A stretch of 64,000 nucleotides of DNA, taken from the IMG/VR virus record IMGVR_UViG_3300021959_000014; one strand, written 5' to 3'. This DNA comes from an uncultured virus (IMG/VR IMGVR_UViG_3300021959_000014) (lineage: Duplodnaviria; Heunggongvirae; Uroviricota; Caudoviricetes). The notes beneath the pieces are model-generated. The model was not told the DNA's origin. It saw nothing but the letters and a program-made list of their open reading frames with translations, and made no database searches. Shown here one piece after another: positions 10,335 to 21,700 of the stretch (positions are counted from its first letter, which is position 1; every line of letters starts with the position of its first letter). The position numbers and the translations under genes were made by a program.

Positions 10335-12079
10335 TATATGAATCTTTTTTTAGTTGAGTTATAATACGCAATTAAATCTTTGTCTGTCTTTTCTACTTTT
10401 TCAAAATACCTTACTCCATCTATACTACCCTCCCAGTATGTATTTGAGCCCTCAAATTCAGCTCCTATTGTCAAGTCTTTCATGACATTGTACCCGGAAC
10501 TATTAACTGTTCGTGTACCGTCTTCTAATAAAGAAGATGTTACTAAGTCATCATTACTGTCAAAGTAGAACACTGTTATTGCTTGTGTTGATAATCTGAA
10601 TCCTACACATTTCCAGTCTCCATCGTATATACTAAAGTTAGATGATGAAACTTGGCGACTTTCAAGAGCTGTATCTATTGTCTGAACTTGTATTGCTCCA
10701 GTGCTCGTACCGTATAGGTTTATCCCACCATGATCAAATTCTGGATGAGCATAAGAACTGAAGATACCTCTTCTTTCGTTTGATGGACCATCGGACCTAA
10801 CCCACGCAATAAAAGTTATGTGGTTGTTATCGCTACTAAATTGTATCGAATCCTCTGGAGGATATACTTTATTGAGTTCAATACGATCATTCGTACCGTC
10901 AAAATATGGGAGTCTGTTACTGTCCATACTGACAAACTGTGTTTTTGCTCCTCTGTATGTAATAGCATTGTAAGATGAGCTGAAAGCATTATCGGGTAGA
11001 TTAGCTAATAAATCGGTATGCCCTCTGTTACCTGTTCCGTATTTTTTAAACTTATAGTTTTTATTATTACCATTTGCAGCATCTGTGGTGACTATTCGTG
11101 ATTTCATTGGTGCGCTCCAGTATGTAGTCATTTCTTTACCCGTTGATACTCCTGCGGAATCAAAGTATATTTTCCAGTATTTGCTATCCGTTAAATAAGG
11201 GGTAGCTGAATATACGTATGATCTAAGTCTTATTGAACCTGCTGAAGGCATGTTTACTCTTAAGTATATTGTTTGGTTTATATCACTAGCACTACTGGTT
11301 GGGAAGTTCCATACTGGGTTAAATACTGGTTTTGTATATGAAGCATCTAATCCATAATCTAAAATAGATGCGCCTACATTATCATAATCGTTTTGTACTG
11401 TATTGGTTAATTGGTAAGTGCCTCTATAATTAGCGTCTCCGCCAAGGTATTGAGCAGTATCAACCGAATGTGTTACTGTACTTATTCCAGAGGGTAGATC
11501 AATTGTGGTATAGGTATTACCTGCATATCTACCCGATAAAAGGGTAGTGCCGTCTGCTGAGTATGAAGTTGTTGAGTTGGTGAAGAATGTATAAAGTCTA
11601 TACCAACCATCTCCTTCAGGTACCATTGTTTTTGATGTACCGTGTGAGTTCCATCCACCAATATTAGAGTACCCGTTATTAAAACTACCGGTAATTACCG
11701 GGCTTGATGAATCTGCTTTAAATGAAATTGAAGCTATGTACTTCGATGTTGCATCGTATTGAGTTACAGAACTATGGTAACAGCCAAATCCTTCCCCGCT
11801 TGATAATCTTGACTCTTTTCCTGAATCAGCTATGTGTGTTAATTTCCAAATCGGTGTTTTATGTATTGGATGTAATCTACCTGTGTTTGTGTTTGTTCCG
11901 GAAAAACCTGGGTTGTTATATCTGGATAATGTTGTTGTATCGGGTATTACGTTTTCATGTAGAAACTGTCCTTTGTAATACTTAGTTTCATGAGTAGAAC
12001 CAGTAGATGCTGGATACCCTGTATCGTATCCTGCTACTAATCCTTTAGATATGTTATTTGGTCCTCCTCCTGTTGCCAT
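10334..12079 (-). CDS. LamG/ConA-like lectin domain protein (paralog 4, longest insert)
   Basis: GYDTGYP anchor; YFDGTNDRI; TFIAWVR; W.GSID.VR; ends KKRFI. Confidence 0.75.
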   Translation of the reverse strand: MATGGGPNNISKGLVAGYDTGYPASTGSTHETKYYKGQFLHENVIPDTTTLSRYNNPGFSGTNTNTGRLHPIHKTPIWKLTHIADSGKESRLSSGEGFGCYHSSVTQYDATSKYIASISFKADSSSPVITGSFNNGYSNIGGWNSHGTSKTMVPEGDGWYRLYTFFTNSTTSYSADGTTLLSGRYAGNTYTTIDLPSGISTVTHSVDTAQYLGGDANYRGTYQLTNTVQNDYDNVGASILDYGLDASYTKPVFNPVWNFPTSSASDINQTIYLRVNMPSAGSIRLRSYVYSATPYLTDSKYWKIYFDSAGVSTGKEMTTYWSAPMKSRIVTTDAANGNNKNYKFKKYGTGNRGHTDLLANLPDNAFSSSYNAITYRGAKTQFVSMDSNRLPYFDGTNDRIELNKVYPPEDSIQFSSDNNHITFIAWVRSDGPSNERRGIFSSYAHPEFDHGGINLYGTSTGAIQVQTIDTALESRQVSSSNFSIYDGDWKCVGFRLSTQAITVFYFDSNDDLVTSSLLEDGTRTVNSSGYNVMKDLTIGAEFEGSNTYWEGSIDGVRYFEKVEKTDKDLIAYYNSTKKRFI

Positions 12080-13263
12080 TATATATTAAATCTATCCTTT
12101 AAGGTGTTAAAGTTCTGTGTTACTTCTGATGATGAAAGTGCTCTATCGTAAATTCTAAATACCGGTATTTCTCCTTGCCATTCACCAGGGGCGCCCATGC
12201 TTCCGTAAATATCTCCTATTCTTAAATCACCATTTCCATGATTCCAAGTTGTACCTGTGGATGAGGTTGTTTCTAGTATTCCGTTAAAGTAAATCCTAAG
12301 TTCTCCAGTGCCGGTACCATCCCAAATGCATACTCCATAAAAGTACCTGTCTATAGGTATATCTGTTGTTGATCTTGGAATACCACCAGTAGCGTAAACT
12401 CTGAATTCTAGTTTATTATTAGAAGAAGATCTTTTGATACCAAATCCTGTTCCTGCTGGGCCTGTATAATCTCCGCTAATTCCTATTGGGTTTGTTAGGT
12501 TATCTGCTTTTGCTACAAATTCAAAAGTTATTCCTGTAGGATTTGTTCCTACAAGGTCAGATAAGTTTAGATCTAATTCTATAAAGTCATCCGAACCATC
12601 AAAAGTAATTTGTGCATTATTATCAAATGTTACATTGGATAAATCTATATCCGTTGTTCTTGTTATATCTATTAATGAACCTGTTGAGGATCTTGTAGTT
12701 TCTGTAAATGGTGAATTATGTGGGTTAGTTTCAATTTGATAATTTTTAAAGTATATAGTATCATCTATTGATGCTCTATTCACATTATTATTCATTAAAA
12801 ATAAAGCTTGACTCCCGTTACTTGACCTTGTATGTGTTAACGAATGTATATACCCGGTATCTTTAATATTACTTCCAAGAGTACCGGTTGAACCGTCTAA
12901 TTTCCAGTAGTATCCTGATAGTTCATTAAAATCATATTCAACACTATATGTATTTGTTGTATTAGCTACATGAGTAATATATGGGAATTGTGCAATTCTG
13001 TAATTAGTTCCATGTGTTGTAATATTTATCTTTTTCCACCCATCTCCTTTTTCAGGTGCGGATGATACCTCTACTACATGACCGTAACCACCTACATTGT
13101 GTCCAACTATTGTTCTCTTTGTATCTGTGTTTGCTATATTAGTTGTAGGTTCACCTAAATTAAATCTATAAAAATCAAAACTAGACGACACTATGGGATA
13201 GCCTGTATCATATCCGTATACAAGACCTTCTCTAACTATATTTGCTCCTCTATTTATTCCCAT
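12079..13263 (-). CDS. LamG/ConA-like lectin domain protein (paralog 3)
   Basis: GYDTGYP..FNLGEPTTN; FDGSDDFI; RIYFNG; IYDRALSSSEVTQNF..RFNI. Confidence 0.8.
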   Translation of the reverse strand: MGINRGANIVREGLVYGYDTGYPIVSSSFDFYRFNLGEPTTNIANTDTKRTIVGHNVGGYGHVVEVSSAPEKGDGWKKINITTHGTNYRIAQFPYITHVANTTNTYSVEYDFNELSGYYWKLDGSTGTLGSNIKDTGYIHSLTHTRSSNGSQALFLMNNNVNRASIDDTIYFKNYQIETNPHNSPFTETTRSSTGSLIDITRTTDIDLSNVTFDNNAQITFDGSDDFIELDLNLSDLVGTNPTGITFEFVAKADNLTNPIGISGDYTGPAGTGFGIKRSSSNNKLEFRVYATGGIPRSTTDIPIDRYFYGVCIWDGTGTGELRIYFNGILETTSSTGTTWNHGNGDLRIGDIYGSMGAPGEWQGEIPVFRIYDRALSSSEVTQNFNTLKDRFNI

Positions 13264-13268
13264 TTAAT

Positions 13269-13276
13269 ATAAATAT
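13269..13276 (-). promoter_or_regulatory. Putative late promoter ATATTTAT (very short leader)
   Basis: Occupies the 13-nt gap upstream of ATG 13263. Confidence 0.45.
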
Positions 13277-14458
13277 CTAAATATTAAACCTACTCCTAAG
13301 TCCTTTAAAATTACTTTTTACTGTTGATGCTGACATCTCGTTTTTATACACTTTTAGTATAGGAAGTTCACCATCGTAGTTGAATGTATTATTTGCTCTT
13401 TGTCCTATGTCCCAATTACCTGTCCAGGGTGCTGCTGATACTGTTGGTGTAACGGTTGTTTCTAATTCACCGTTTATGTATACCTTTATTGCACTTTGTG
13501 TTTTTGATATAACAAAGTGTGTGTATTCTGCTGTACTTAATTGAGTTGTGCTTTTACATGTATCTCCTGTGGTATCTGCTGCTGCCACAAAAACTCCTCC
13601 TATTTGACCATTACTCCAAATTCTTATATATTGATCAATTCCTGTACTGTTTGGATTAATTAACATAGGGCTATTTGAATAACTATCTGGTTTAAGTACC
13701 ATCTCAATAGTAAATCTATCATTTGATATACCGGGATTATTTATTGTTATATGGTCATCGGTTCCGTCAAAAAACATTTGTGCATCAGTATCAAAAGATA
13801 CATCTGATATGTTTATTGTTGTATTTCTTTTTAAATCAATTAATGAGTTTTCTACAGACCTTGTATTACCTTGCCCTGCGTAAGGTGTATTATGCGGTTT
13901 AGTTTCAAACTGCATATTTCTATAATATATTTTTTTATTTTGAAAATGAGGATATACCATATTAAAAAAGTCATAGGTATAAGCTCCAGTTAAATTAGCT
14001 TTCATAGTAACTGTTAAACTAAACTTAGTCCACTCATTTGCCGGTATAGAAGATGGCCTTATGTTTGTAAATCCTACTCTTGATAAATCGTTACTAGTTG
14101 GGAATTGATCAGAATATTCATTTGTATCAAAGTAATACTTATTTCCACTCTGTGTTATCGTCTCTGTTGAATATAATTCAAATGACCAGGTGTATACTTC
14201 ATTGGATACAACCGTTATACTTGGTAGTTGAAATCTAGAATAGCTGGAAGTTATATCTGCTAATTGTATATAGGTACCAAAATCATCTGAGTCAAGGCTT
14301 GCACCGTTTCCTTGACCTAGTATATTGTTGTTTAGTTTATTGGTAGTTGGTTCACCTAAGTTAAATTTATATGAATCATTACTTGTAGTAATTAATGGGT
14401 AACCAGTATCATACCCAAACAGTAGAGCGTCTGTATCTATTTTTGGTCCTGTATTCAT
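13277..14458 (-). CDS. LamG/ConA-like lectin domain protein (paralog 2)
   Basis: GYDTGYP..FNLGEPTTN; FFDGTDDHI; FTIEM; KVYINGEL; ends RFNI. Confidence 0.8.
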   Translation of the reverse strand: MNTGPKIDTDALLFGYDTGYPLITTSNDSYKFNLGEPTTNKLNNNILGQGNGASLDSDDFGTYIQLADITSSYSRFQLPSITVVSNEVYTWSFELYSTETITQSGNKYYFDTNEYSDQFPTSNDLSRVGFTNIRPSSIPANEWTKFSLTVTMKANLTGAYTYDFFNMVYPHFQNKKIYYRNMQFETKPHNTPYAGQGNTRSVENSLIDLKRNTTINISDVSFDTDAQMFFDGTDDHITINNPGISNDRFTIEMVLKPDSYSNSPMLINPNSTGIDQYIRIWSNGQIGGVFVAAADTTGDTCKSTTQLSTAEYTHFVISKTQSAIKVYINGELETTVTPTVSAAPWTGNWDIGQRANNTFNYDGELPILKVYKNEMSASTVKSNFKGLRSRFNI

Positions 14459-15213
14459 TATATAAATCTATGTTTTTGAGCGTTATAGTTAATGCTTACT
14501 TCAGTAGCCGATAGTGCTTTATTATATATTCTTACTGGACCTACTTCCATTTCTCCTCTATATGAACTCCATCCTGATATGTATAGATGGTCTTCTATGT
14601 TAACGTTTACATTATTGTCATTATTATTTGTAGCTACTTCTACCCCGTCTAGATAAAGTTTAATGTTTGTTCCATCTCTTAACCCTACAATGTGGTGGAA
14701 TTTATCATCTCTAAAATCATATGAAGAAGAGTTATAAGAAACACTTGCTATATTACTTCCCCCTGTTGCGTCAAATCTTACTGATATTGTAGAACTATTG
14801 GTAAACATAGTGTTAAATCCACCGTCACAGCCATCACATAATGGATTTCCTCTAGTGACTATAACTGCTATAGTATTTGAACCTGTTTGTTGAAGTTTTA
14901 CCCAAGATTCTATCGAGAATGCTGAAGATGTAAAGTTAACAGGTAGAGGTGCTGTAGCGCTATTATTTGCAAAAAGTAGACTGTCGTTAGTTCCGTCGAA
15001 ACCGAATACTTTAGTTGTCGACCCTGTCGTAGGTACAGTTACTGTTGTACCTCCTGATAGTTGCCCAGAGGGTGGAAATGTTGCTGTTGTAGTGCCGCCG
15101 TAGCGTGTTAGTTCATAAACATTTGTTGATCCTGGATAGCTTTTTGAACTTGCTGGATCAATACTGAATACAATACCATCTTTTATAACTGTTGGTCCTC
15201 TTGAAAACGCCAT
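14458..15213 (-). CDS. LamG/ConA-like lectin domain protein (paralog 1, no insert)
   Basis: GP.VIKDGIVFSIDPASSKSYPG; FDGTND; FSIESWVK; FHHIVG; LYLDG; RIYNKALSATEV..NYNAQKHRF. Confidence 0.85.
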   Translation of the reverse strand: MAFSRGPTVIKDGIVFSIDPASSKSYPGSTNVYELTRYGGTTTATFPPSGQLSGGTTVTVPTTGSTTKVFGFDGTNDSLLFANNSATAPLPVNFTSSAFSIESWVKLQQTGSNTIAVIVTRGNPLCDGCDGGFNTMFTNSSTISVRFDATGGSNIASVSYNSSSYDFRDDKFHHIVGLRDGTNIKLYLDGVEVATNNNDNNVNVNIEDHLYISGWSSYRGEMEVGPVRIYNKALSATEVSINYNAQKHRFI

Positions 15214-15223
15214 TTAATATGTT

Positions 15224-18200
15224 TTAAACTTTTATACCTCTAATATTTGCTTTTATTGTCCAGTTATCTGTTAATGTTGTAGCTTGTAATTTCATATTAC
15301 TTCCATCTATCACTACCTTTAACTTAACGTCTGTCGTGTTACCTAAATCTACGGTTGATACTTCATTAAATTTAATATTTGTTCCGTCGTGAGCAGCTGT
15401 TAATGTACCGGCTCTTAAGTTTGTACCGTTCTTTATTACATAGTCAAAAAAGACTGCTTGGTATGTTGATAGTGCTAGAGATTTAATGTCTTCAGTTCCT
15501 GTATCAACATCTGTATTTTCACAGTATCCTAGTAGATGTTTAAGTCCTATTTGAGCTGTATCTGCGGTTGAGTCTCCAACTGTCAAACCTCCTAGTGTGA
15601 TTACATTTCCTGTAAATGTTGCAGCTAAGTTAGTATCTAAAGTTAAAGCAAGAGATGAGCCTCCTACATTAAACTTTAATCCTTTCCCAGATAGTCCTGT
15701 TATTAAAGCGTAGTTTCCACTCCAATTTAACTGTCCATGTCCTGCAGCAGATCCCCATGACATAACCCCGTCGCCTCTAAATAGGATTCTATTATTAAGA
15801 CTGAGAGATGTAGTTGATGAGTTTGAAGCATCAACAATTTTTAATGTAGCGTCTGGTGCTGTTGTTCCGATACCGACTTGCTGGTCGTGATCAATGTACA
15901 TCGCTCTAGTAAGATCTCCTTCTTTACTAGTCCAGAAAGACATTGCACCTTCAGTTTCAAGTCCACCATCTCCTGCGTTGTCATTTACCCAAGAAATCCT
16001 ACCCCATTCTGTATTGGTATTAGAATCAGTAGCCCACATTGAAATATGTCCTTCTGTTGTGGCTTTTATATCCCCACCGGTATTTTTTCTTTGTAATCTT
16101 AATACCTCTACAGAAGCTTGTCCTGAGGCAAATTGAGTATTATCAACTACCACTAATCTCGCTGTAGGATTGAGATCTCCTACACCTAATTTACCAGTGC
16201 TTGTTAAAGCCATTTTATCACCATCTCCTCCATACTGGAATAATAGTGTGTTATCGTAGTAACTTGTTTTACCTATACCTAGATTCCAAGTTTCTGTTCC
16301 TGTGCTTTGTAATCTTATTTGATAAGGGCTGTCTACGTCTCTTAGATGTAGTCTTGTGTTAGGGCTATCGGTCCCGATTCCTACGTTACCTGCAGCAGCT
16401 TCAGTTACAAGAGCGTACTTATTGGTTAAGGTTCCTGATACAGAAGCTCCGTCTATGTAAGCGCCGTAGTAGGTTGCTATTTCTGAACTTGTAGCTACCT
16501 CTGGTGCATCAATTCTTAAACCGTATCCTTTAGCAACCGGGCCTGAACCTGCTGTGAATGTTGTAGTTACTTTACCGTGAAGAGCTGTTAAGGAACCACC
16601 AGCAGCAACTCCGCTGTAAACGTTATCAACATCAATTGTAGCAAGTGATTTAACACCTATAAGGTCGGAATTTCCTATCCTATTGGCGTTGGAAACTTTA
16701 AAATTACCAGCTGTAGTATCTGAGTTGTACCACCCGCCTCTGATTGTTTCTACATCTAATCCAGTTCGAGTATTGCCGTTTGCTGCGACGTTACCGTTAC
16801 TGTAGATCTTACTAGTTGTAATATCTCCTGATGTTGGATTTTGAGAATCATAGACCTCTAGCTTAGAACTAGGGCTAGTAGTCCCAATACCTACGTTACC
16901 CGCGTTGGATATTGTCATCCTCGTAGAGTTGTTTGTTTTAAAGAACATAGGGTAATAAGCAGAGTTACTTAGCGAAGTTTCATTTCCGGACTCGTTAAGC
17001 AAAGTGTAACTACCTGCTTTAAAACCTGTAGTAGCTTTTGCATAACCAACTACCTCTAACTTTTCAGCAGGACTAGTTGTTCCAATACCTACGTTACCTG
17101 CAGACTGAATAGTTACCCTAGCATATGTAAAAGGATCAGAAGCAATACTAGTGTTGTTAGCAGCTAGGAATAAGTTACCGTTATAGTAACTGAATATACC
17201 AGCTCTAGTATCTGATGTACTATTAACTGCATCTCCTCTTGTAGAAAATCCAATACCCCAAGATCCTGTGGAATTTAAGTTAGCATTACTAGGTCTATGA
17301 ACTCTTAATGGAATGGTTTCGTTAGAGTATATATCTAATTTGTGATTTGGATTAGTAGTTCCTAGACCTACGTTACCGCCAGACTTAATAAAAAGTCTTG
17401 TCTCACCTGAATTATTTTTAAGAGCTACTGTGTCAGTGCCAAAAAACATTCCAGTGCCTCCGTCTCCCCAATGTTGAATATCATTTCCAACATATATAGT
17501 TCCTTCAGCTATACCTGTTTCAAATCTAGCTGTACCTGCAATATCAAATAATTCGTCAGGTGTTGCTGTTCCAATACCTACCTTTGAACCTGATACTGTA
17601 AGTATATTATTTGTAGTTGTCGAACCTCCTACCTCTAAAGCTACTTTAAGAATTTCTGAGTCATTCGTTATTCTATAGTGCTTTGTAGTATTTGAAGGAG
17701 TAGTAGGGGCTAATCTAAATGAACTTTCCAGTATTAAAGGTCGTCCAAATATATGAGCTCCTCCTGCGGTATAGAAATGACTATGTCCGTTTCTTCCTCC
17801 ATCTTCTATTGCTCTCTCTGTTTTAATATTAAATCCTGTTGATTTACTAACATGTAGTGCTACTGTTGGTGATGTTGTCCCAATCCCTACTCTCTCATCA
17901 GCTTCATCAAGATGCATAATGGTTTTACCATTTAAGATAAACTGTGCATCACCTCCTGCTTGACCTGTGGTTGCTTTCCAAACACCGGAATAGTTTCTAA
18001 ACGAACCTGCAGCGCTTGTGTATAAGTTAGAGGTTGAAGTAATACCTGCGGAATTAAATGCTCCTTTTATTCCTCCATCAACTACAATATTAAACTGCTT
18101 TGTGCTGCTATTGTAATCGCCAAGGTATATACCTGTATTAGCAGAAGATGAAAAGTTTAGTGCTAAATCTGAAAGTACTCCATCTGGTAAGGTTAGTCCA

Positions 18201-18742
18201 CCGCTTACTTGTAGACTACCTGTAAAAGAGTGAGTATCGTCTAATGTATCTCCAAACTTAGTTGAGCCTGATTCGTACAAAATACTAGCTGATACAATTT
18301 CTGTATTAAATTCTTGTGCGGTTATGGTTCCAGTTACTACTAATGAACCTGTTACCCCTACATCACCTGTATAGGATTCTAAGTCCATTGGGATGTTTGT
18401 AATATCTGTACCGTCACCAATAAATGTACCTACAAATGCTGATGCTGTAATTGCTCCTATAGTTGCGTTCGATAAATCTATAGTGTCTCCGACTTCTCCT
18501 AATACAAGTGTACTACCGTTTGGCGTAATTGTTCCTCCACCTAAAAAAGTAAAGTCTACTGCAGTACCTACAGCACCTACTTCAATATCATTAATTGCTC
18601 CGTCTTCTCCAATTATAACAGTCCCTGAAGAATCTACTGGGTTAAGGATAAGATCAGATCCAGATACTTTAATTTCTGCTTTTTTATTATTAGAATCATC
18701 ATAAAATTCTAATGGATGTCCGTTGTAGATTCTTTGTTTCAT
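15224..18742 (-). CDS. Tail fiber protein with about 8 GxVGIGTxxP repeats (1172 aa)
   Basis: Repeated (G)NVGIGTTSP units; TAQEF..ESGSTKFGD module shared with 23142..29927. Confidence 0.8.
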   Translation of the reverse strand: MKQRIYNGHPLEFYDDSNNKKAEIKVSGSDLILNPVDSSGTVIIGEDGAINDIEVGAVGTAVDFTFLGGGTITPNGSTLVLGEVGDTIDLSNATIGAITASAFVGTFIGDGTDITNIPMDLESYTGDVGVTGSLVVTGTITAQEFNTEIVSASILYESGSTKFGDTLDDTHSFTGSLQVSGGLTLPDGVLSDLALNFSSSANTGIYLGDYNSSTKQFNIVVDGGIKGAFNSAGITSTSNLYTSAAGSFRNYSGVWKATTGQAGGDAQFILNGKTIMHLDEADERVGIGTTSPTVALHVSKSTGFNIKTERAIEDGGRNGHSHFYTAGGAHIFGRPLILESSFRLAPTTPSNTTKHYRITNDSEILKVALEVGGSTTTNNILTVSGSKVGIGTATPDELFDIAGTARFETGIAEGTIYVGNDIQHWGDGGTGMFFGTDTVALKNNSGETRLFIKSGGNVGLGTTNPNHKLDIYSNETIPLRVHRPSNANLNSTGSWGIGFSTRGDAVNSTSDTRAGIFSYYNGNLFLAANNTSIASDPFTYARVTIQSAGNVGIGTTSPAEKLEVVGYAKATTGFKAGSYTLLNESGNETSLSNSAYYPMFFKTNNSTRMTISNAGNVGIGTTSPSSKLEVYDSQNPTSGDITTSKIYSNGNVAANGNTRTGLDVETIRGGWYNSDTTAGNFKVSNANRIGNSDLIGVKSLATIDVDNVYSGVAAGGSLTALHGKVTTTFTAGSGPVAKGYGLRIDAPEVATSSEIATYYGAYIDGASVSGTLTNKYALVTEAAAGNVGIGTDSPNTRLHLRDVDSPYQIRLQSTGTETWNLGIGKTSYYDNTLLFQYGGDGDKMALTSTGKLGVGDLNPTARLVVVDNTQFASGQASVEVLRLQRKNTGGDIKATTEGHISMWATDSNTNTEWGRISWVNDNAGDGGLETEGAMSFWTSKEGDLTRAMYIDHDQQVGIGTTAPDATLKIVDASNSSTTSLSLNNRILFRGDGVMSWGSAAGHGQLNWSGNYALITGLSGKGLKFNVGGSSLALTLDTNLAATFTGNVITLGGLTVGDSTADTAQIGLKHLLGYCENTDVDTGTEDIKSLALSTYQAVFFDYVIKNGTNLRAGTLTAAHDGTNIKFNEVSTVDLGNTTDVKLKVVIDGSNMKLQATTLTDNWTIKANIRGIKV

Positions 18743-18744
18743 AT

Positions 18745-21700
18745 TTAAAACTTAAATTTTCTTAATTTAACTGTTGTTCTTGAACCTAGTTTTTTAGGTA
18801 CTTTCTGTTTACCTGAATAATCTGCTAATGCTATTTTATCTGGTCTACGCAATACTTTGTGTTCTTTAAATAGATTCTGAGATATAAAAACCTTGTTTGG
18901 TATAGTACCTGTTACGTTAAAGCTCATATCTTTGAAAGTAAATAGTGTTTGGCAATATGCTCTATTTCTATTTAATAACATATATAAATAGTTACCTGGT
19001 TTGGCTGTAAATGAATAATCGAAGGTAAAATCAGTAAAAGTTAATGATATCGGGGCTGCTTGTATAGTTACTGTTCTATCTTGATACAGCAGTACTCCTT
19101 TTATATCTTTATTAGTACTTGTTGTTGAACCTAAGTAATTATCATAGTACTGTCCAAATGGTGTTTTATATGTCATTTTTTGCTGTACCCTGATTTCTTG
19201 TTCCTCATATACTGAAAAGTTAGCTGACATTATCATTGGTGCTGCTCTGTTTAGAGATATGTTAACCATGTCATACTGGTTCTTTTTGTCTTTATTCTGT
19301 ATAATAAGTCTTCTTCCGTTGTCTACCAGAAGGTTTCTATTAGAAACGTAATCCTTACCTATAATTGGGCTCATCTCATGATAATCGGTACCCATAGATT
19401 GGTAGTCCAGTATATTTGCTTCTGAATACCATCTAAATCCATTTGGGTAAGTAAAGGGGTAGTATTTAGTACTTTCTATTCTATTATTTGGATTAGAATG
19501 TACACCGTAGTGGTCATTGTATGTTCTTCTATACCCTGATCCTTGCCTTTCAACATTATCGTATATATTTGTATTATTCTTAGGTGCTGTTTCTCTACCG
19601 TGATCAGCTCCTAATTGGAAATTTACATAATCTTGAAATGTAAAATAGTTATTTCTTATAGTTAACCTATTGCTACCTCCTTCATACGGTGTTGAGTGGC
19701 TATTAATGTACATATACCTTCCTGCATCAATTATATTACCTGAATAGTAATCACTTGTTGCGTGTACGTTTTTAAATTGGTAATTATAACTAGTGGAAAT
19801 TTCACCATGTGTTTTATGGTCACTGTGCATTCTAGAACCTCTATTACTAAAAGAACTAGCGTTTATCCATGCGTTATTTTTACGAACCATCCCTGAGTTG
19901 TTGAAGTATGGTGAGCCTGGTTCTATGTAGTGGAAAGCATTGTTAGAAACATTATACTTACCTACGTAAGGGTGTCTGTAAAAATACATTCTCTCTCTAG
20001 AATTTGAACCTAGGGATAAGAATGAAGCATTTTCAATATTAATATAGCAGGGGTTACTAGTACTATCAGAGTAAAATCCTCCAAAAGGTATACAGTTGCT
20101 TATGCCTGCTTGACTTTTTACTGTTATCCCTCTATCTAATTTTACTACTAAGGTATCAGGATGTATTTCATACCCCTCTATAAGCCTATCTAATGTAATA
20201 ACATTTCCTGTTTTAGCTGTGATGGTGTAGTGTAATGTAATTCCTCCCGGGTAATCACTTGCGGTTTTCGTACCTGCAAGAACTGCTGATCGGTAATTAT
20301 TTCTATGATGTGATGCTATGTATCCTCCAGCTCTTATTCCTTGCGGATTCATAAATGTAATAGTATCCCCAACTGCTAAATCTGATGTATTGTTTAGTTC
20401 TATACTGCTTCCTCTTCCATCAAATTTATAGAACCCCATAGCAACAATCCTATTATTAGAGGTATTACTTGCTCCATTAAGTCTAATTCTTAAAAATCTT
20501 GCAGTTATTTCTGAAAATTGATATATTCGGTAGTCTGCTCCTTGGTTACTTAATCTTGTATCGTCTGCCTGTGCTCTTGCTACACTCCAGGTATGTCCAT
20601 CTGTTGAGTATTCTATTCCAACACCTTTGGGATATGTAGCAGGATAGTGACTTGGTAGATTATAGAAATGTGCTAAACCAACAGCGTCTATATCCACTTC
20701 TTTCCCTAGGTTCAGATCTATAAAAGACTGGTTTGATGAGTCTAGTCTTAAGTAATAATCATAGTGGTTAAGGTCTGAAAATAAACTGTCTAGTCTAGCT
20801 CTATCCGAAGATGTGCTACTAGTTCTATATCTATTTTGGTTACCGTTATTAGACCAGAGTACCGGGACAACACAATCTGTTAAGTCTTTTCCTTTAGCAA
20901 ATTTAGATGGGATATTTTCATACCCTCTCATATCTGTTATCGTTGATGCTATTTTTACTACTTCTTGCCCACTTGGGTGAAGTACCTCAGTTCCTGTTAG
21001 ATGTACTTTAGAGCCTACACTTATAGAATCTGTTGTATCTAATACCAGCTCTTGAACATATTCTTCAACAATTAGTTTTTTTATACTGGAGCCTTCTCTT
21101 CGTAGGTGTATTGCTACTGAGCCTGCTTTTCTATTAATTACAGATGAGTTTAAATATTGACCTTGGTATGTAAAGTCTACATTCTCACGTAAAGCATTTA
21201 TCTCTACAGTTACTTCTCCTTCTCTCATACCGCTACTAATATTAGGGGTATTAATTAAATCGTCTCCGTCTAATCTAGACCAGTGATCTACTCTAGATCC
21301 ATAGTAAACATCATCTGAGTATATCCCTATATAAGATGCTTTTGCGTAAGTGTATCTATTATAGAATGAAAGTACTCTATCCCTATTGTAGGGCTCCTCA
21401 CAAATACTTACTCCTGCCATCCTATCACCATTCCAATTTCCACTGTCGTCGACTTGACTACATGTTAATGTAACTTTTAAGTCTCTCAATTTCATATCTT
21501 TCATGAAAAGTGATTTATAATAGTTACTTGTGCCTACTAAACTTCCAGACATCTGAAGCCCTGTAGAACCTGTTATAAATCCTGAGTTGCATTTTATTTC
21601 GTTAGTAGATCCTGAACCAATAAATTCATCAACCCAGAAATCGTCTAGATTATCACCATTTACAAAGTCTACTGTTTTAAATGGTATTAATTTATCTGCT

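Noticed and set aside
18984..18991. Intragenic CTATTTAT copies (18984; also 62417)
   Set aside because: Inside coding sequence and expected by chance in AT-rich DNA; not counted as promoters
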